Assembly (NCBI GenBank): GCA_963826535.1
Contig: CAWGXL010000010.1
Span: 106,814 to 170,813, forward strand
DNA from: an uncultured bacterium
GTDB taxonomy: Bacteria > Patescibacteriota > Microgenomatia > Levybacterales > UBA12049
Length of the DNA stretch: 64,000 nt
Reading direction: 5' to 3'
Below are positions 18,509 to 27,622 of the stretch, in pieces (the stretch's first letter is position 1; each line of letters starts with the position of its first letter). The notes beneath the pieces were generated by a model. It had not been told where the DNA came from and did no database searches. It was given only the letters and a program-made list of their open reading frames with translations. The translations under genes and the position numbers were made by a program.

Positions 18509-20470
18509 TTAGCTTCTCAGTCTATCAACAAACTTTTGCACTGCAGCATCATCTTTCTGGCCTTTAATAATTTGAATATAACTATTTATTGTTTCGGGAG
18601 TTGTCTCATCATTCCCATAAAGATCTATCATCTTTCTGCCAAAATCGGCTAAAACTTTAATTCCTTTTTGCGGGTCTGTAATTTGATAACCTCTTTCTTG
18701 CTCAACTATAACTCCACTCTTGAGCAGCTCGTATATTGTAGCAATTCCTGAATAATAGTATCCTTCACTACTATCACCTACCACTTTAGATTTATTTGCA
18801 ATTTTGTCGCATATTGTGCCTAATTTAGCTTGAAATTCTACGGCAGCGTCAATTGCCACTAAACCTTTTGTCCCCTCCTCATCTAGTAAGACCATGCTCA
18901 CAGTTTCGGCCTTGAGCGCTCCGGCAATATTTGCCTCAGGGCTAGTTCCGCCTGTCCTTTCGCTGACCATATTATCATCGGTTTCTGAAAGTACAGCATG
19001 TCCCAATTCATATCGCACGCTTTCTTCAATAGCTGCATGGACAAATCCTCTTTCATCAATGCTTATCGCAGGAAACATTTTTTTCAGCAAGGGAATTTGT
19101 AGAGTTTCGGCAGTGTCCCTAACTGCATTTGTGTATGTATTCACACTTCCTTGACCGGTCTCTCCCGGTGTATGAAAATATAGATTCGGACCAAAGGCAA
19201 ATGGTTGATACGTAACAATAGGTGGAGGAACGGTAAATGGTTCTTTAAGCGCATCTTCATGTTCATTAACTAATTCCTGAGCTATTTCTCTATAATGACT
19301 TACTCTACCTTCAATTCCTCTTGTTTCCTCAGTTTTTACTGCTACACGAATTTCAATATCAACTTTTTCAGCTTCTCCGGCAACAGTTTGACTAGATTGA
19401 GGAACAATAACAAGTGGACACTCTCCTTCTGTCATTTGCGCTTGTCTATTATATAATTTATCCCATTTATCATTTAATCTTGCAAGATCTTTTGTAGGCG
19501 AATTATATACTTTTGCCATTTGATCTAAATAATTTGGGATGCCACGGTAACTTGGCGGTAATTTATTTTCGCTGAGTAATGTCCTTGACCGGCCAGCCAA
19601 TAATTTTAATCTAGCTGCAGTTCTCGTTATTTCAAATGGAAACATTTTGCTATAGCTTTGTATGTCTATTTTGCCTTTTTTGCCCTTTAGTTCATAGGCA
19701 AATTGAGATCCATCATCGTCTCCGCGAGGTGTAGCAATTGACCCTGATGGTGTATCTGCATATTCTGTCTGTTTTATAAAACCTTGATCAATATACTTCC
19801 CTGATAAACCTGCGATATCAGTTACAAACATGAGCTCTTCTTTTGTGAAACCAATTTTATTTAGTTGCGCTTCTGAAAGTTTTGGTACCCAGCGGCGCAT
19901 CACGACTACTGATGATAATTGGCGCTCCGAAGAAGCAACAAGCAAACTTCTCCAAGCATCAGGATTTACTTTACGAAGCGGCTCAAGATCCGCAAATTGC
20001 CGAATGCGCAGTTTTTTCTCCATCTCTGACGGGTTTAACAGAAGTCCGCGAACTTGACTATATCCTTCCGTATCAGGTAAAGACGCAGCCCAGCCTTTAT
20101 ATTTTTCGTTTAATAATCCGCCTACATTCCGGTCCCATTGGGTTGTTACAGCTTTAGCCGAGGCATCAAATAAATCTTCAAGACCATGCACTTCCGGAAC
20201 AGCAGGATATTCTCCATCTTTTACTTTTAATCTTCCACGAATATCTCTTCCTAGAGTAATATATTCAGGAACTGGTGTGGGTTTCAATGAATCTAGGCGA
20301 TTTGTTGGATCAATTTTGATATCAGAGCCAAAAAGAGTTTCGCGTTTTCCTGAATGCATTGAATGATCGCCTTTTTGTTCCTCGCCCATTCTTAAGAGTA
20401 TATCAAGATCAATCCGAAAATTGCAAAATAATTGCATTAAGCTGGTTTCCAATTCAAAAATATAGTGCAC
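18509..20470 (-). CDS. Large hypothetical protein (653 aa), no recognised domain
   Basis: Long ORF 34 nt upstream of the DUF218 gene on the same strand (operon-like). Confidence 0.5.
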   Translation of the reverse strand: MHYIFELETSLMQLFCNFRIDLDILLRMGEEQKGDHSMHSGKRETLFGSDIKIDPTNRLDSLKPTPVPEYITLGRDIRGRLKVKDGEYPAVPEVHGLEDLFDASAKAVTTQWDRNVGGLLNEKYKGWAASLPDTEGYSQVRGLLLNPSEMEKKLRIRQFADLEPLRKVNPDAWRSLLVASSERQLSSVVVMRRWVPKLSEAQLNKIGFTKEELMFVTDIAGLSGKYIDQGFIKQTEYADTPSGSIATPRGDDDGSQFAYELKGKKGKIDIQSYSKMFPFEITRTAARLKLLAGRSRTLLSENKLPPSYRGIPNYLDQMAKVYNSPTKDLARLNDKWDKLYNRQAQMTEGECPLVIVPQSSQTVAGEAEKVDIEIRVAVKTEETRGIEGRVSHYREIAQELVNEHEDALKEPFTVPPPIVTYQPFAFGPNLYFHTPGETGQGSVNTYTNAVRDTAETLQIPLLKKMFPAISIDERGFVHAAIEESVRYELGHAVLSETDDNMVSERTGGTSPEANIAGALKAETVSMVLLDEEGTKGLVAIDAAVEFQAKLGTICDKIANKSKVVGDSSEGYYYSGIATIYELLKSGVIVEQERGYQITDPQKGIKVLADFGRKMIDLYGNDETTPETINSYIQIIKGQKDDAAVQKFVDRLRS

Positions 20471-20518
20471 TTTTATTCCTGAATATTTTTAAATTCTCTG
20501 ATATAATTTGCTATATAT

Positions 20519-21163
20519 ATGAATAAATCAACACGATATAATGCGATAATTGTATTAGGCGGCGGTCGGACCAACGAGGGAGATTTGACCCCTCTTTCTA
20601 TACAAAGATTAAATAAAGGAATTGAATTGTATAAAGAAGGTGTTTCAAATAAGGTAGTTGCTCTAGGTGGTCATTATAGTACATACAGCCCCCATGCTAC
20701 CCGGTTTCAAAAAACAGGAGCCTATTTGCGAGGCGAATATTTAATTAGAGGTGGTGTTTCCGCTTCTGATGTCATTTTTGTTGAAGATGGTAAAGACACA
20801 ATAGGGGAAGCATTTGCCTCAAGGCAAAAAATGAGAGCATTAGGTATAAGAAGCATAAGTTTGGTTACATCTGATAAGCACCTCGATAGAAGCCTTTTTA
20901 TTTTCAGAAGAATCTATGGCGAGCAATCCCAAATAGAAGGTATTGGAGTCCCAAGTGCCGATCTACTAAACAGTGAGGAAGAAGCAGAATACTTAGGGGT
21001 TGCAAAAAAGTTTTTTTCTAGATTACCCCATGAGATCCCTGACCCTAATCTTGATTCTTGGTATAGTGACCACTCTCAACTTTATCAAGAATACAAAACC
21101 ATACATGATAGATTTCATCTACCCGGAAATGAATCTCAAGCTTATATGGGTGTGAGAAAATAA
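20519..21163 (+). CDS. DUF218 (YdcF-like) protein, second paralog
   Basis: AIIVLGGG...VVALGGH pattern; divergent from the 653-aa gene. Confidence 0.55.
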   Translation: MNKSTRYNAIIVLGGGRTNEGDLTPLSIQRLNKGIELYKEGVSNKVVALGGHYSTYSPHATRFQKTGAYLRGEYLIRGGVSASDVIFVEDGKDTIGEAFASRQKMRALGIRSISLVTSDKHLDRSLFIFRRIYGEQSQIEGIGVPSADLLNSEEEAEYLGVAKKFFSRLPHEIPDPNLDSWYSDHSQLYQEYKTIHDRFHLPGNESQAYMGVRK

Positions 21164-21250
21164 ACAATGTAAGAAGATATACACGAAGTACGTATTCCAT
21201 ACCTCGTAAGGTAATATATGATAGATTGTTTGAAGGAGGTGAATTAAAAA

Positions 21251-21913
21251 ATGAAAGCAGCACAAATCAAAAATTATGGCGGCACAGATGCGATTGAGAT
21301 TAATTCAAATGCTCAAAAGCCACCATTGCAGCAAGGACAAATTTTAGTTGACGTTCATGCATCAAGCCTTAATCGAATGGATTCCGTAGTCCGTAACGGA
21401 TACTTACAAAAAATGATGCCATTCCCTTTCCCAATTACTCTAGGTGGAGATTTTTCAGGCGTTGTTACAGAAATTGGAAAAGGTGTAACTGATTTTAAAG
21501 TAGGTGATGAGGTATATGGAAATGCCGGAGTATATAAAGGTGGTTCAGGCTCACTTGCGGAATTTGTAGCATCAAAAAATGAAAATACTTATCTTAAACC
21601 AACATCTCTTGATTTTACTCAGTCAGCTGCACTTCCATTAGTTGGAGCAAGTGCATTACAAGGAATTGAAGAAGAATTGAAAGTTCAGCCGGGGCAAAAA
21701 ATTCTTATTCAAGGAGGCGCAGGTGGAATTGGATCCCTTGCAATCCAAATTGCAAAAATGCATGGTGCCTATGTCGCAACAACAGTTGGGACTGATGATG
21801 TTGAGTTTGTTAAAAATCTTGGAGCAAATGAAGCCATTGATTATAAAAAACAAAATGTAGCACAAGTTTTGGTAGTGGGTCAATTTGAAGGAGTGGAAAT
21901 TCACATGATATAA
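21251..21913 (+). pseudogene. Quinone oxidoreductase / zinc-type MDR dehydrogenase, N-terminal ~206 codons, interrupted at ~21870 by a mobile element. The ORF reads through into the element IR before stopping.
   Basis: GroES-like N-domain and Rossmann motif GGAGGIGS. The sequence ...IDYKKQNVAQVL is followed by element-derived VVGQFEGVEIHMI*. Confidence 0.75.
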
Positions 21914-21920
21914 TTAGTTT

Positions 21921-22650
21921 ATGTTGAGTAAGAGTGATATTTTGGAAGAAGTAATCCGAACCGCAAAGGAAAACGGAGGAATACCTCTTGGGAGAGGCAG
22001 GTTTGAGAAAGAAACAGGCATAAAACCGTATGATTGGGAAAAGTATTGGGTTCGACTTAGTGACGCACAAATAGAAGCGGGATTCACTCCTAATAAGCTC
22101 ACCACTGCATATACTGATGAATTTTTAATCAAAAAAATGATTGAACTTATTCGCAAACTCGGAAAATTTCCAGTTTACGGAGAATTAAAACTAGAAGCAC
22201 GCAGCAATCCAGAGTTTCCAGAAGCTAGGAGTTTTTTTCGAGACTAAGGAGCAAAAACGAAAACTAACAACAAAACTAATTGAATACTGTAAAGATAAGA
22301 GTAACTATTCAGATATTATAAATCTATGTCAGCTTGTTCTAGAAGATTTACCACAAAGAGAAATATCCGAATCTGATACATCTGTTCAATATGGAGAGGT
22401 TTATCTTTTTAAATCTGGTCGATATTATAAAATTGGGAGAACAAATGATTTGGTACGAAGAGGTACAGAAATTAAAATTCAATTACCAGAAAAAGTAGAT
22501 TTAATTCATTCAATTAAAACTGATGATCCGAGTGGGATAGAGTCTTATTGGCATAGACGGTTTCAATCGAAGTGCATGAATAATAGTGAGTGGTTTGATT
22601 TAAGCTCATCTGATGTAAAAGCATTTAAACGTTGGAGAAAAATTGTTTGA
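21921..22650 (+). pseudogene. GIY-YIG (T5orf172/MUG113-type) nuclease-domain protein, split by a +1 frameshift at a T7 homopolymer (~22231-22237)
   Basis: ORF 21921..22247 ends just after tttttttcga. The +1 frame then continues without a start as KLTTKLIEY...GEVYLFKSGRYYKIGRTNDLVRRG...ESYWHRRF...SEWFDL (the T5orf172 pattern) to the stop at 22650. The track lists only the TTG-start tail, 22450..22650. Confidence 0.6.
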
Positions 22651-22656
22651 ATTTTG

Positions 22657-23511
22657 TTAATAACCTGAATCAGTTAATTTTATAATATCCTCAATTTTCA
22701 ATGCTTTCGTTGCAACTCCAACGGCCATCGCAGGTGTGATGCCAAGATTTCTTATTTGATTTAATGTTTTATGTGGTCTGCAAAAGTTGTAATACATAAA
22801 ATGCAGCGCAACAGCAGCCTTTAGATTTTCAATCTTTTTTGAAAAAGCATTTGTCAATCTGGTAAATCTACGCATATTCATTCTCATTGTTAAGTTTTGC
22901 CTCTCAATATAGCTTGTCGAAATTTTCTTTGCATCCGGTTGTCCTTGCATTATCTCTATTTCAGTTCCAATACATTCAGCAGGGCTGTATCTTTTCTCAT
23001 CTTCTTTTTGTTGCTTGCCATATATTTTAATTAACATGGCGTAATCAACTTCAGAACCAATCGCGTCTTCTACCGCTTGTAAATAAACTTTATGCCCATC
23101 TGTTGTAAGTTGAACACGATTAGCTAATCTGCTTTTTAGGTCATTCATAAAAGCCATACCATACTCTGCATCTCTTAATCCAACAAGCCAAGATGGAACG
23201 AGTTTGGTGTCAGCGTCTAATGATGTCCACGTCCAAACATTGCCATAACCAAAATTACCTTTGTATTCTTCGGGTACGTTTTTCTCTTTCGCATAACAGA
23301 ACGACCATATTTCATCACATTGGATATTTTTACATGGAAGCTTACGAAGTGTAGTATCTTGATACTCAGCACATGCTCCACCAACGCTCAATAATAATCG
23401 TGTAACTGTACCCTTTGCAACTCCAGTCATCCGGCAAGTTGACCTAATTGAATTACCCTCCACTAATGCTGAAATTACTTGTGTTTTCTCCTCAAGATTT
23501 AATGCATTCAC
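22657..23511 (-). CDS. IS1 family transposase (fused InsA-like HTH + InsB-like DDE domain)
   Basis: 284 aa. N-terminal HTH (TCRMTGVAKGTVTRLL); CDEIWSFCYAK resembles IS1 InsB DEQWGYVG; lies inside the IS1-like IR-bounded element. Confidence 0.7.
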   Translation of the reverse strand: MNALNLEEKTQVISALVEGNSIRSTCRMTGVAKGTVTRLLLSVGGACAEYQDTTLRKLPCKNIQCDEIWSFCYAKEKNVPEEYKGNFGYGNVWTWTSLDADTKLVPSWLVGLRDAEYGMAFMNDLKSRLANRVQLTTDGHKVYLQAVEDAIGSEVDYAMLIKIYGKQQKEDEKRYSPAECIGTEIEIMQGQPDAKKISTSYIERQNLTMRMNMRRFTRLTNAFSKKIENLKAAVALHFMYYNFCRPHKTLNQIRNLGITPAMAVGVATKALKIEDIIKLTDSGY

Positions 23512-23524
23512 ACTGTTATTATAC

Positions 23525-23536
23525 TTGAGCGCTCAA
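23525..23536. promoter_or_regulatory. Perfect 12-bp palindrome ttgagcgctcaa ~14 nt upstream of the transposase start; candidate operator
   Basis: Read directly from the sequence. Confidence 0.35.
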
Positions 23537-23588
23537 GCATTGTCAAGATTAGATTTCCTCAAATTCAGTATCAACATAAGGTATTTTT

Positions 23589-23616
23589 TGTCCCATCTAT
23601 CTGGGACAGTTTTTGG
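23589..23616 (+). terminator. Hairpin tgtccca-tctatc-tgggaca flanked by T-runs (terminator-like) in the tnp / replication-relaxation intergenic region
   Basis: 7-bp perfect stem, 6-nt loop, followed by gttttt on the + strand. Confidence 0.35.
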
Positions 23617-23848
23617 CTTTACCTGATACTAAATTAATCCTCTTTTCAGGCTAATTTCGCCTTGATTCTTGATCCATAGGTGTGCTATTATCCTTTATAA
23701 ATATATGGGTGGGGACCCCGGCATATATTACTAATTAATTCCCACTGTCCACAACTGCTTCAAGAATAACAAATACCATTCTTAACTATACATATACAGT
23801 ATCTGTAATAATTCATAGATCAAAAAAAATAATAAACAATAAAATAAC

Positions 23849-24700
23849 ATGTCTAAAAAAATCATAACAAAAAAACAAGAAACGATACTCACATTAATCC
23901 TGATATTCAGATTTATCAATAGTAAACAGATACAACAATTCTTAGGACACAAGGATCATAGAAGAATAAATAGTTGGTTAAAAGATTTAGCGGAGAAACA
24001 ATATATCATCAGAGAATATAAACCAGTGTTTGGCACATTAACAAAACCTGCTGTCTGCTATTTATCATTGCTCGGCAGACAGTACATACGAGATACTCTG
24101 TATTTCATGAACAATACATACCTTGTAAGATTACGGGGCGATAAAGAAAGATCAAAGTCATTCAGAATACGATGTCAGTTGATTGCTGATTTTTACCTCA
24201 TTATCTTTGCAGGGAAAGAGAAAGAGTTAGTCACCTCCATAGAAGAATATTTAAAAGAGGGGGTAACAATAAAATCCAATATTCATCAGTTTTTTACTCC
24301 TGCATTTTACAGTGAACTTGAATTTGTACTCCTTTCTCACCTAAAGCCTGACGCGTATGTCTATAAACAGACAAAAACAGGAATCACTCATTCATGTATC
24401 TTTGTGCTTGATGCATATATTCCTCGTCTTATGTTGCAATATACCCTCAAACGTATTTTTCAGGCATTAGATGAAGAGAATTGGGAAGATGATGGGATTG
24501 CATCGCTCCACCTCTATTTTGTCTGTCCGAATAATATGGTGATTATATATTTAAGAAAGCTTCTCAAATCATTCATGGAACGCTATTATGGCAACATACC
24601 ACTCTTGTTTCATTTTGCGACAATAAATCAGTTGTATAAAAGGAAAACGGAAAAGTCTGTTAAAACCGATTGGATTACTGTTTCATCAAATGATGAATAG
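23849..24700 (+). CDS. Replication-relaxation family-like protein (plasmid-type HTH protein)
   Basis: 283 aa. N-terminal ILTLILIFRFINSKQIQQFL resembles the wHTH of replication-relaxation (PF13814-like) proteins. Weak call, by pattern only. Confidence 0.4.
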   Translation: MSKKIITKKQETILTLILIFRFINSKQIQQFLGHKDHRRINSWLKDLAEKQYIIREYKPVFGTLTKPAVCYLSLLGRQYIRDTLYFMNNTYLVRLRGDKERSKSFRIRCQLIADFYLIIFAGKEKELVTSIEEYLKEGVTIKSNIHQFFTPAFYSELEFVLLSHLKPDAYVYKQTKTGITHSCIFVLDAYIPRLMLQYTLKRIFQALDEENWEDDGIASLHLYFVCPNNMVIIYLRKLLKSFMERYYGNIPLLFHFATINQLYKRKTEKSVKTDWITVSSNDE

Positions 24701-24959
24701 CCCTCTTTGAGTTTTTGCCGATTTGCAAATTTTATTCAGAGCAATTGGATAGGTCATATGATGTTGAAGATATGGAGTTTCTTTTTACTGCATATGAGAA
24801 AGTAACTATTAATGGGATAATGGTTAATAAATGGAGGATAATTAAGGAAAAATAGAAATATGAAACAAGTAGAATCTAAATATTTACATTGTGCTAATAA
24901 CTTGAATTAAAGTTTGCTTTTTTAATACATATGTTTATAATATTATGTATTAAAAAGAC

Positions 24960-25373
24960 ATGAATAGAGCTGAATTTAAACGACTCTCGTTTTTAAGATT
25001 AAAGGAAGCAAAATTGTTGAATGATGAAAGATGCTATTCAGGAGCTTACTATTTGAGTGGATATGCAGTTGAATGTGCATTGAAAGCATGTATTGCCAAA
25101 AAAACTAAAAAAAGTGAATTTCCTGACTTAAAAGCTGTTCAAGCAAGTCACGTTCATGATTTAATATCATTAATAAGATCTGCTGGACTTGAACTTGATT
25201 TAAATAGTAAAATAAGCACAGATCGTACTTTTGGAAGTTATTGGACAACTGTTAAAGATTGGTCAGAAAAAGCAAGATACAGAACTTATAATCAGACTGA
25301 AGCTCAAGATTTACTTCAAGCAATTTCTGATCCAACGAGAGGAGTATTATTATGGATTCAACATTATTGGTAG
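24960..25373 (+). CDS. HEPN domain protein (PF05168-like, of the type that pairs with nucleotidyltransferases)
   Basis: YLSGYAVECALKACIAKK and SHVHDLISL helices typical of HEPN; 137 aa; overlaps the next gene by 22 nt. Confidence 0.6.
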   Translation: MNRAEFKRLSFLRLKEAKLLNDERCYSGAYYLSGYAVECALKACIAKKTKKSEFPDLKAVQASHVHDLISLIRSAGLELDLNSKISTDRTFGSYWTTVKDWSEKARYRTYNQTEAQDLLQAISDPTRGVLLWIQHYW

Positions 25374-25738
25374 AAAAATATATTAATCAAGGGAAAATTT
25401 TTATTCGTAATTTAGATGCGAATAATATTAAAGTGGATGCTGCACTATGGTTTTATGATTCCGATTCGAAAACATGGAAATTAATAATAGCAACGCCCAA
25501 GTATGACCAAGAAGGGGCTCTTAAAGTGTATCAACAAATCGAAAATTATCTACCACATGAAGGTGAAAATCATATTTCCCTACAAGATATTTCTGTAGTG
25601 AGCCCGCATGATTATTTAATATCTATATTAAGAAGTGCTATTAAAACACCAGTGGATGCAATTGCTGATATAAAATTTAATGACAATACAATTAATAACA
25701 AGTATATTGAAGGAGCCTATATTTACCGACTTACATAA
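25352..25738 (+). CDS. Unknown 128-aa partner protein co-transcribed with the HEPN gene; lacks the GSx(n)DxD motif of minimal nucleotidyltransferases
   Basis: ORF track; overlapping start, same strand. Confidence 0.5.
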   Translation: MDSTLLVEKYINQGKIFIRNLDANNIKVDAALWFYDSDSKTWKLIIATPKYDQEGALKVYQQIENYLPHEGENHISLQDISVVSPHDYLISILRSAIKTPVDAIADIKFNDNTINNKYIEGAYIYRLT

Positions 25739-25747
25739 ATGGTAAAA

Positions 25748-26524
25748 TTATATTAGCTTATTAGCATCCACAGAGTAACCACATGCTTTAAGCTCTTTTA
25801 TTAAATCAAATTTCCATCTTCCATTTAATTCATAAGGCACATATAGTACACCTGAGTAGTCAGTTGGCATTTCGAATTTTTCATCAGGCTTATACAGCGC
25901 CAAAACATTTTCTCTACCTAATTTTCCGATAAAATATCCAAGTTCAAACACGACATTTTGCCTAGCTCTTGATTTAGCATTTTCTATTTTATCTACACGT
26001 TCGTACCCAATATCATCTGGACTGAGTAACACAATGGCAAAGCCAACATCTGAATAGTCAGAGAATTTTTCTATTGTAGTCCGCCCCTTATTAGGTTGTT
26101 CATGTAAAATAATTGCTGTTAATTCTAGCTTCTCTAATGTTCTAGCAACAGATTGTTTCATTTCTTCATCATGTCCATGAACCACGAAAACATTCTTTTT
26201 AGATCTGCTTTCTACCAATTTCGGTTCTTTTTTAGTTTGAATCGGGCTAAAAATTTTTAATTCTTCAATCATTGTTTTAAAAAGATTTAACATTTGATTT
26301 TTTCCAGATATCCATTTTTCTTGATAGTATTCCTCAGTTGATGGATAAATTCTCGGGAAAAAATCTATATCTTTCAAATCTTTTAGATACTTACTGTCAT
26401 TACCAAATATTTTTCGTATTATCATTTCTGATCTACGAGTTAAAGCATCTAATTTATGTTCATCTCTATTTTGTAGTTCATCTAGATCTTTAAGCAGGCT
26501 TTGAATTAGTTCAATATTGTTCAT
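25748..26524 (-). CDS. TIR-like nucleotide-binding protein (COG4271-type): helical N-terminal region plus C-terminal TIR-like domain with a conserved glutamate
   Basis: Motifs KNVFVVHGHDEE, AIVLLSPDD and NVVFELGYFIGKLGRENV match the TIR-like family seen in Thoeris/CBASS-type effectors; 258 aa. Confidence 0.6.
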   Translation of the reverse strand: MNNIELIQSLLKDLDELQNRDEHKLDALTRRSEMIIRKIFGNDSKYLKDLKDIDFFPRIYPSTEEYYQEKWISGKNQMLNLFKTMIEELKIFSPIQTKKEPKLVESRSKKNVFVVHGHDEEMKQSVARTLEKLELTAIILHEQPNKGRTTIEKFSDYSDVGFAIVLLSPDDIGYERVDKIENAKSRARQNVVFELGYFIGKLGRENVLALYKPDEKFEMPTDYSGVLYVPYELNGRWKFDLIKELKACGYSVDANKLI

Positions 26525-26558
26525 ATTTTTATAGCATTTTCCTGAAACGAAATAAGGA

Positions 26559-26780
26559 TTATTTTTTCTTCCAACGTGCTTTTGCAGCTTTCCTTGCTAT
26601 TTTTTTCCTCTCGTCGGAAGTTAATTTTGCTTTACGGGCTGGTCCACCTTTTAGACCACCAAGTCTTCCTAGTGCTTGAGCATGAGGATTTTTCTCATGT
26701 GTAGCCTCTTTTGTTATCTTACTTGCGAGTTTATTTATATCCATGAGGAAATGGTAGCATAGATATTCATGAGCGGTCAA
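26559..26780 (-). CDS. Small basic protein with a KGG-type/lysine-rich tail (GGLKGGPARKAKLTSDERKKIARKAAKARWKKK), possible nucleic-acid-binding or stress protein
   Basis: ORF track; likely true start at MDINKLASK; located inside the mobile element. Confidence 0.4.
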   Translation of the reverse strand: MTAHEYLCYHFLMDINKLASKITKEATHEKNPHAQALGRLGGLKGGPARKAKLTSDERKKIARKAAKARWKKK

Positions 26781-26812
26781 GGAGTGCTAACTGAAATTGA
26801 CCCACTACCCAA

Positions 26813-27136
26813 GTTTTAAAAGATTATGATGCAGTTTTCGATACAGCAGGCGGAGAAGGAACAAATAAACTTTTCGCGGTCCTTAAAAAAGGCGGAAAAC
26901 TAGTCTCAATGGCCAGTCAACCGGATCAAGGACTCGCCAAAAAACATGAAGTAACAGCTTCTACTCAAGTCACTGCAGCAAGCGCTACTCAATTAAAGAG
27001 ATTAGCTGAATTAGTTGATAGAGGAAAAGTAAAAGTGCAAATTGAAAAAACTTTCCCCCTCACAGAGATAAAACAAGCATTTGAGTATTTCGAAACACAA
27101 CACCCGAGAGGAAAAATAGTCGTAAAAGTAAAATAA
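26813..27136 (+). pseudogene. C-terminal fragment of the interrupted quinone oxidoreductase
   Basis: In-frame translation from just after the element IR/TSD reads (P)TTQVLKDYDAVFDTAGGEGTNKLFAVLKKGGKLVSMASQ...HPRGKIVVKVK, a typical MDR/Qor C-terminus. An in-frame TGA lies immediately upstream inside the IR. Confidence 0.75.
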
Positions 27137-27313
27137 ATTTAAAATCCAGAAATTGAAAGTAATGTATATATTGCCAAAGACAGAAGTATTTTTTTAAAGC
27201 TCCAATGACGACCGTATTGGCTCCAATTCCAATAGTTTGCCTCATAAATTTCTTAGGATTTTTTTTATTTCTGTTTTATGCTACAATAGAACTAAAGAAA
27301 GGAGAGGCAACCA

Positions 27314-27511
27314 ATGAAAGGTACAGTAAAAACAAAAATGGATAAAGGTTATGGATTTATTAGTCGCGAAGGCGAAGAAAAAGATCTTTTTTTCCATTCC
27401 AATGATTTAAAAGGAGTAACCTTTGATGAAATTCAAGTTGGTGACACAGTCACATTTGAAGTAGTCAACGGTGAAAAAGGCGCAAGTGCAAAAAACGTAA
27501 CACGCGTCTAG
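27314..27511 (+). CDS. Cold-shock protein (CspA family)
   Basis: GTVKTKMDKGYGFI...VTFEVVNGEKGASAKNV, an RNP1-like cold-shock domain. RBS aaggagag upstream; long 5' leader. Confidence 0.9.
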   Translation: MKGTVKTKMDKGYGFISREGEEKDLFFHSNDLKGVTFDEIQVGDTVTFEVVNGEKGASAKNVTRV

Positions 27512-27530
27512 TAATTAATGAGTTACTCTT

Positions 27531-27562
27531 AAAAGCTCATTGAAAGATGAGCTTTTATGTTT
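27531..27562 (+). terminator. Rho-independent terminator after csp
   Basis: Stem aagctcat / atgagctt with loop tgaaag, followed by ttttatgttt. Confidence 0.6.
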
Positions 27563-27622
27563 AAAAGCAACAGTTATAATTAAATTACATCCTAACTTCG
27601 ACACACGGACTAACAGGTTAGA

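Larger units (their letters stand above)
21871..26809. mobile_element. ~4.9 kb IS1-family-bounded transposon-like element with passenger genes, inserted in the quinone oxidoreductase gene
   Basis: Perfect 16-bp terminal inverted repeats: ggtagtgggtcaattt at ~21871-21886 and its reverse complement aaattgacccactacc at ~26794-26809, starting GGTxxTG like IS1 IRs. Flanked by an 8-bp direct repeat caagtttt (~21863-21870 and ~26810-26817). In-silico excision with one TSD copy restores the in-frame sequence VAQVLKDYDAV. Confidence 0.8.

Noticed and set aside
25352-25738. Calling the HEPN partner a minimal nucleotidyltransferase (MNT)
   Set aside because: It lacks the hG[GS]...D.D nucleotidyltransferase signature. 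It is left as an unknown partner.
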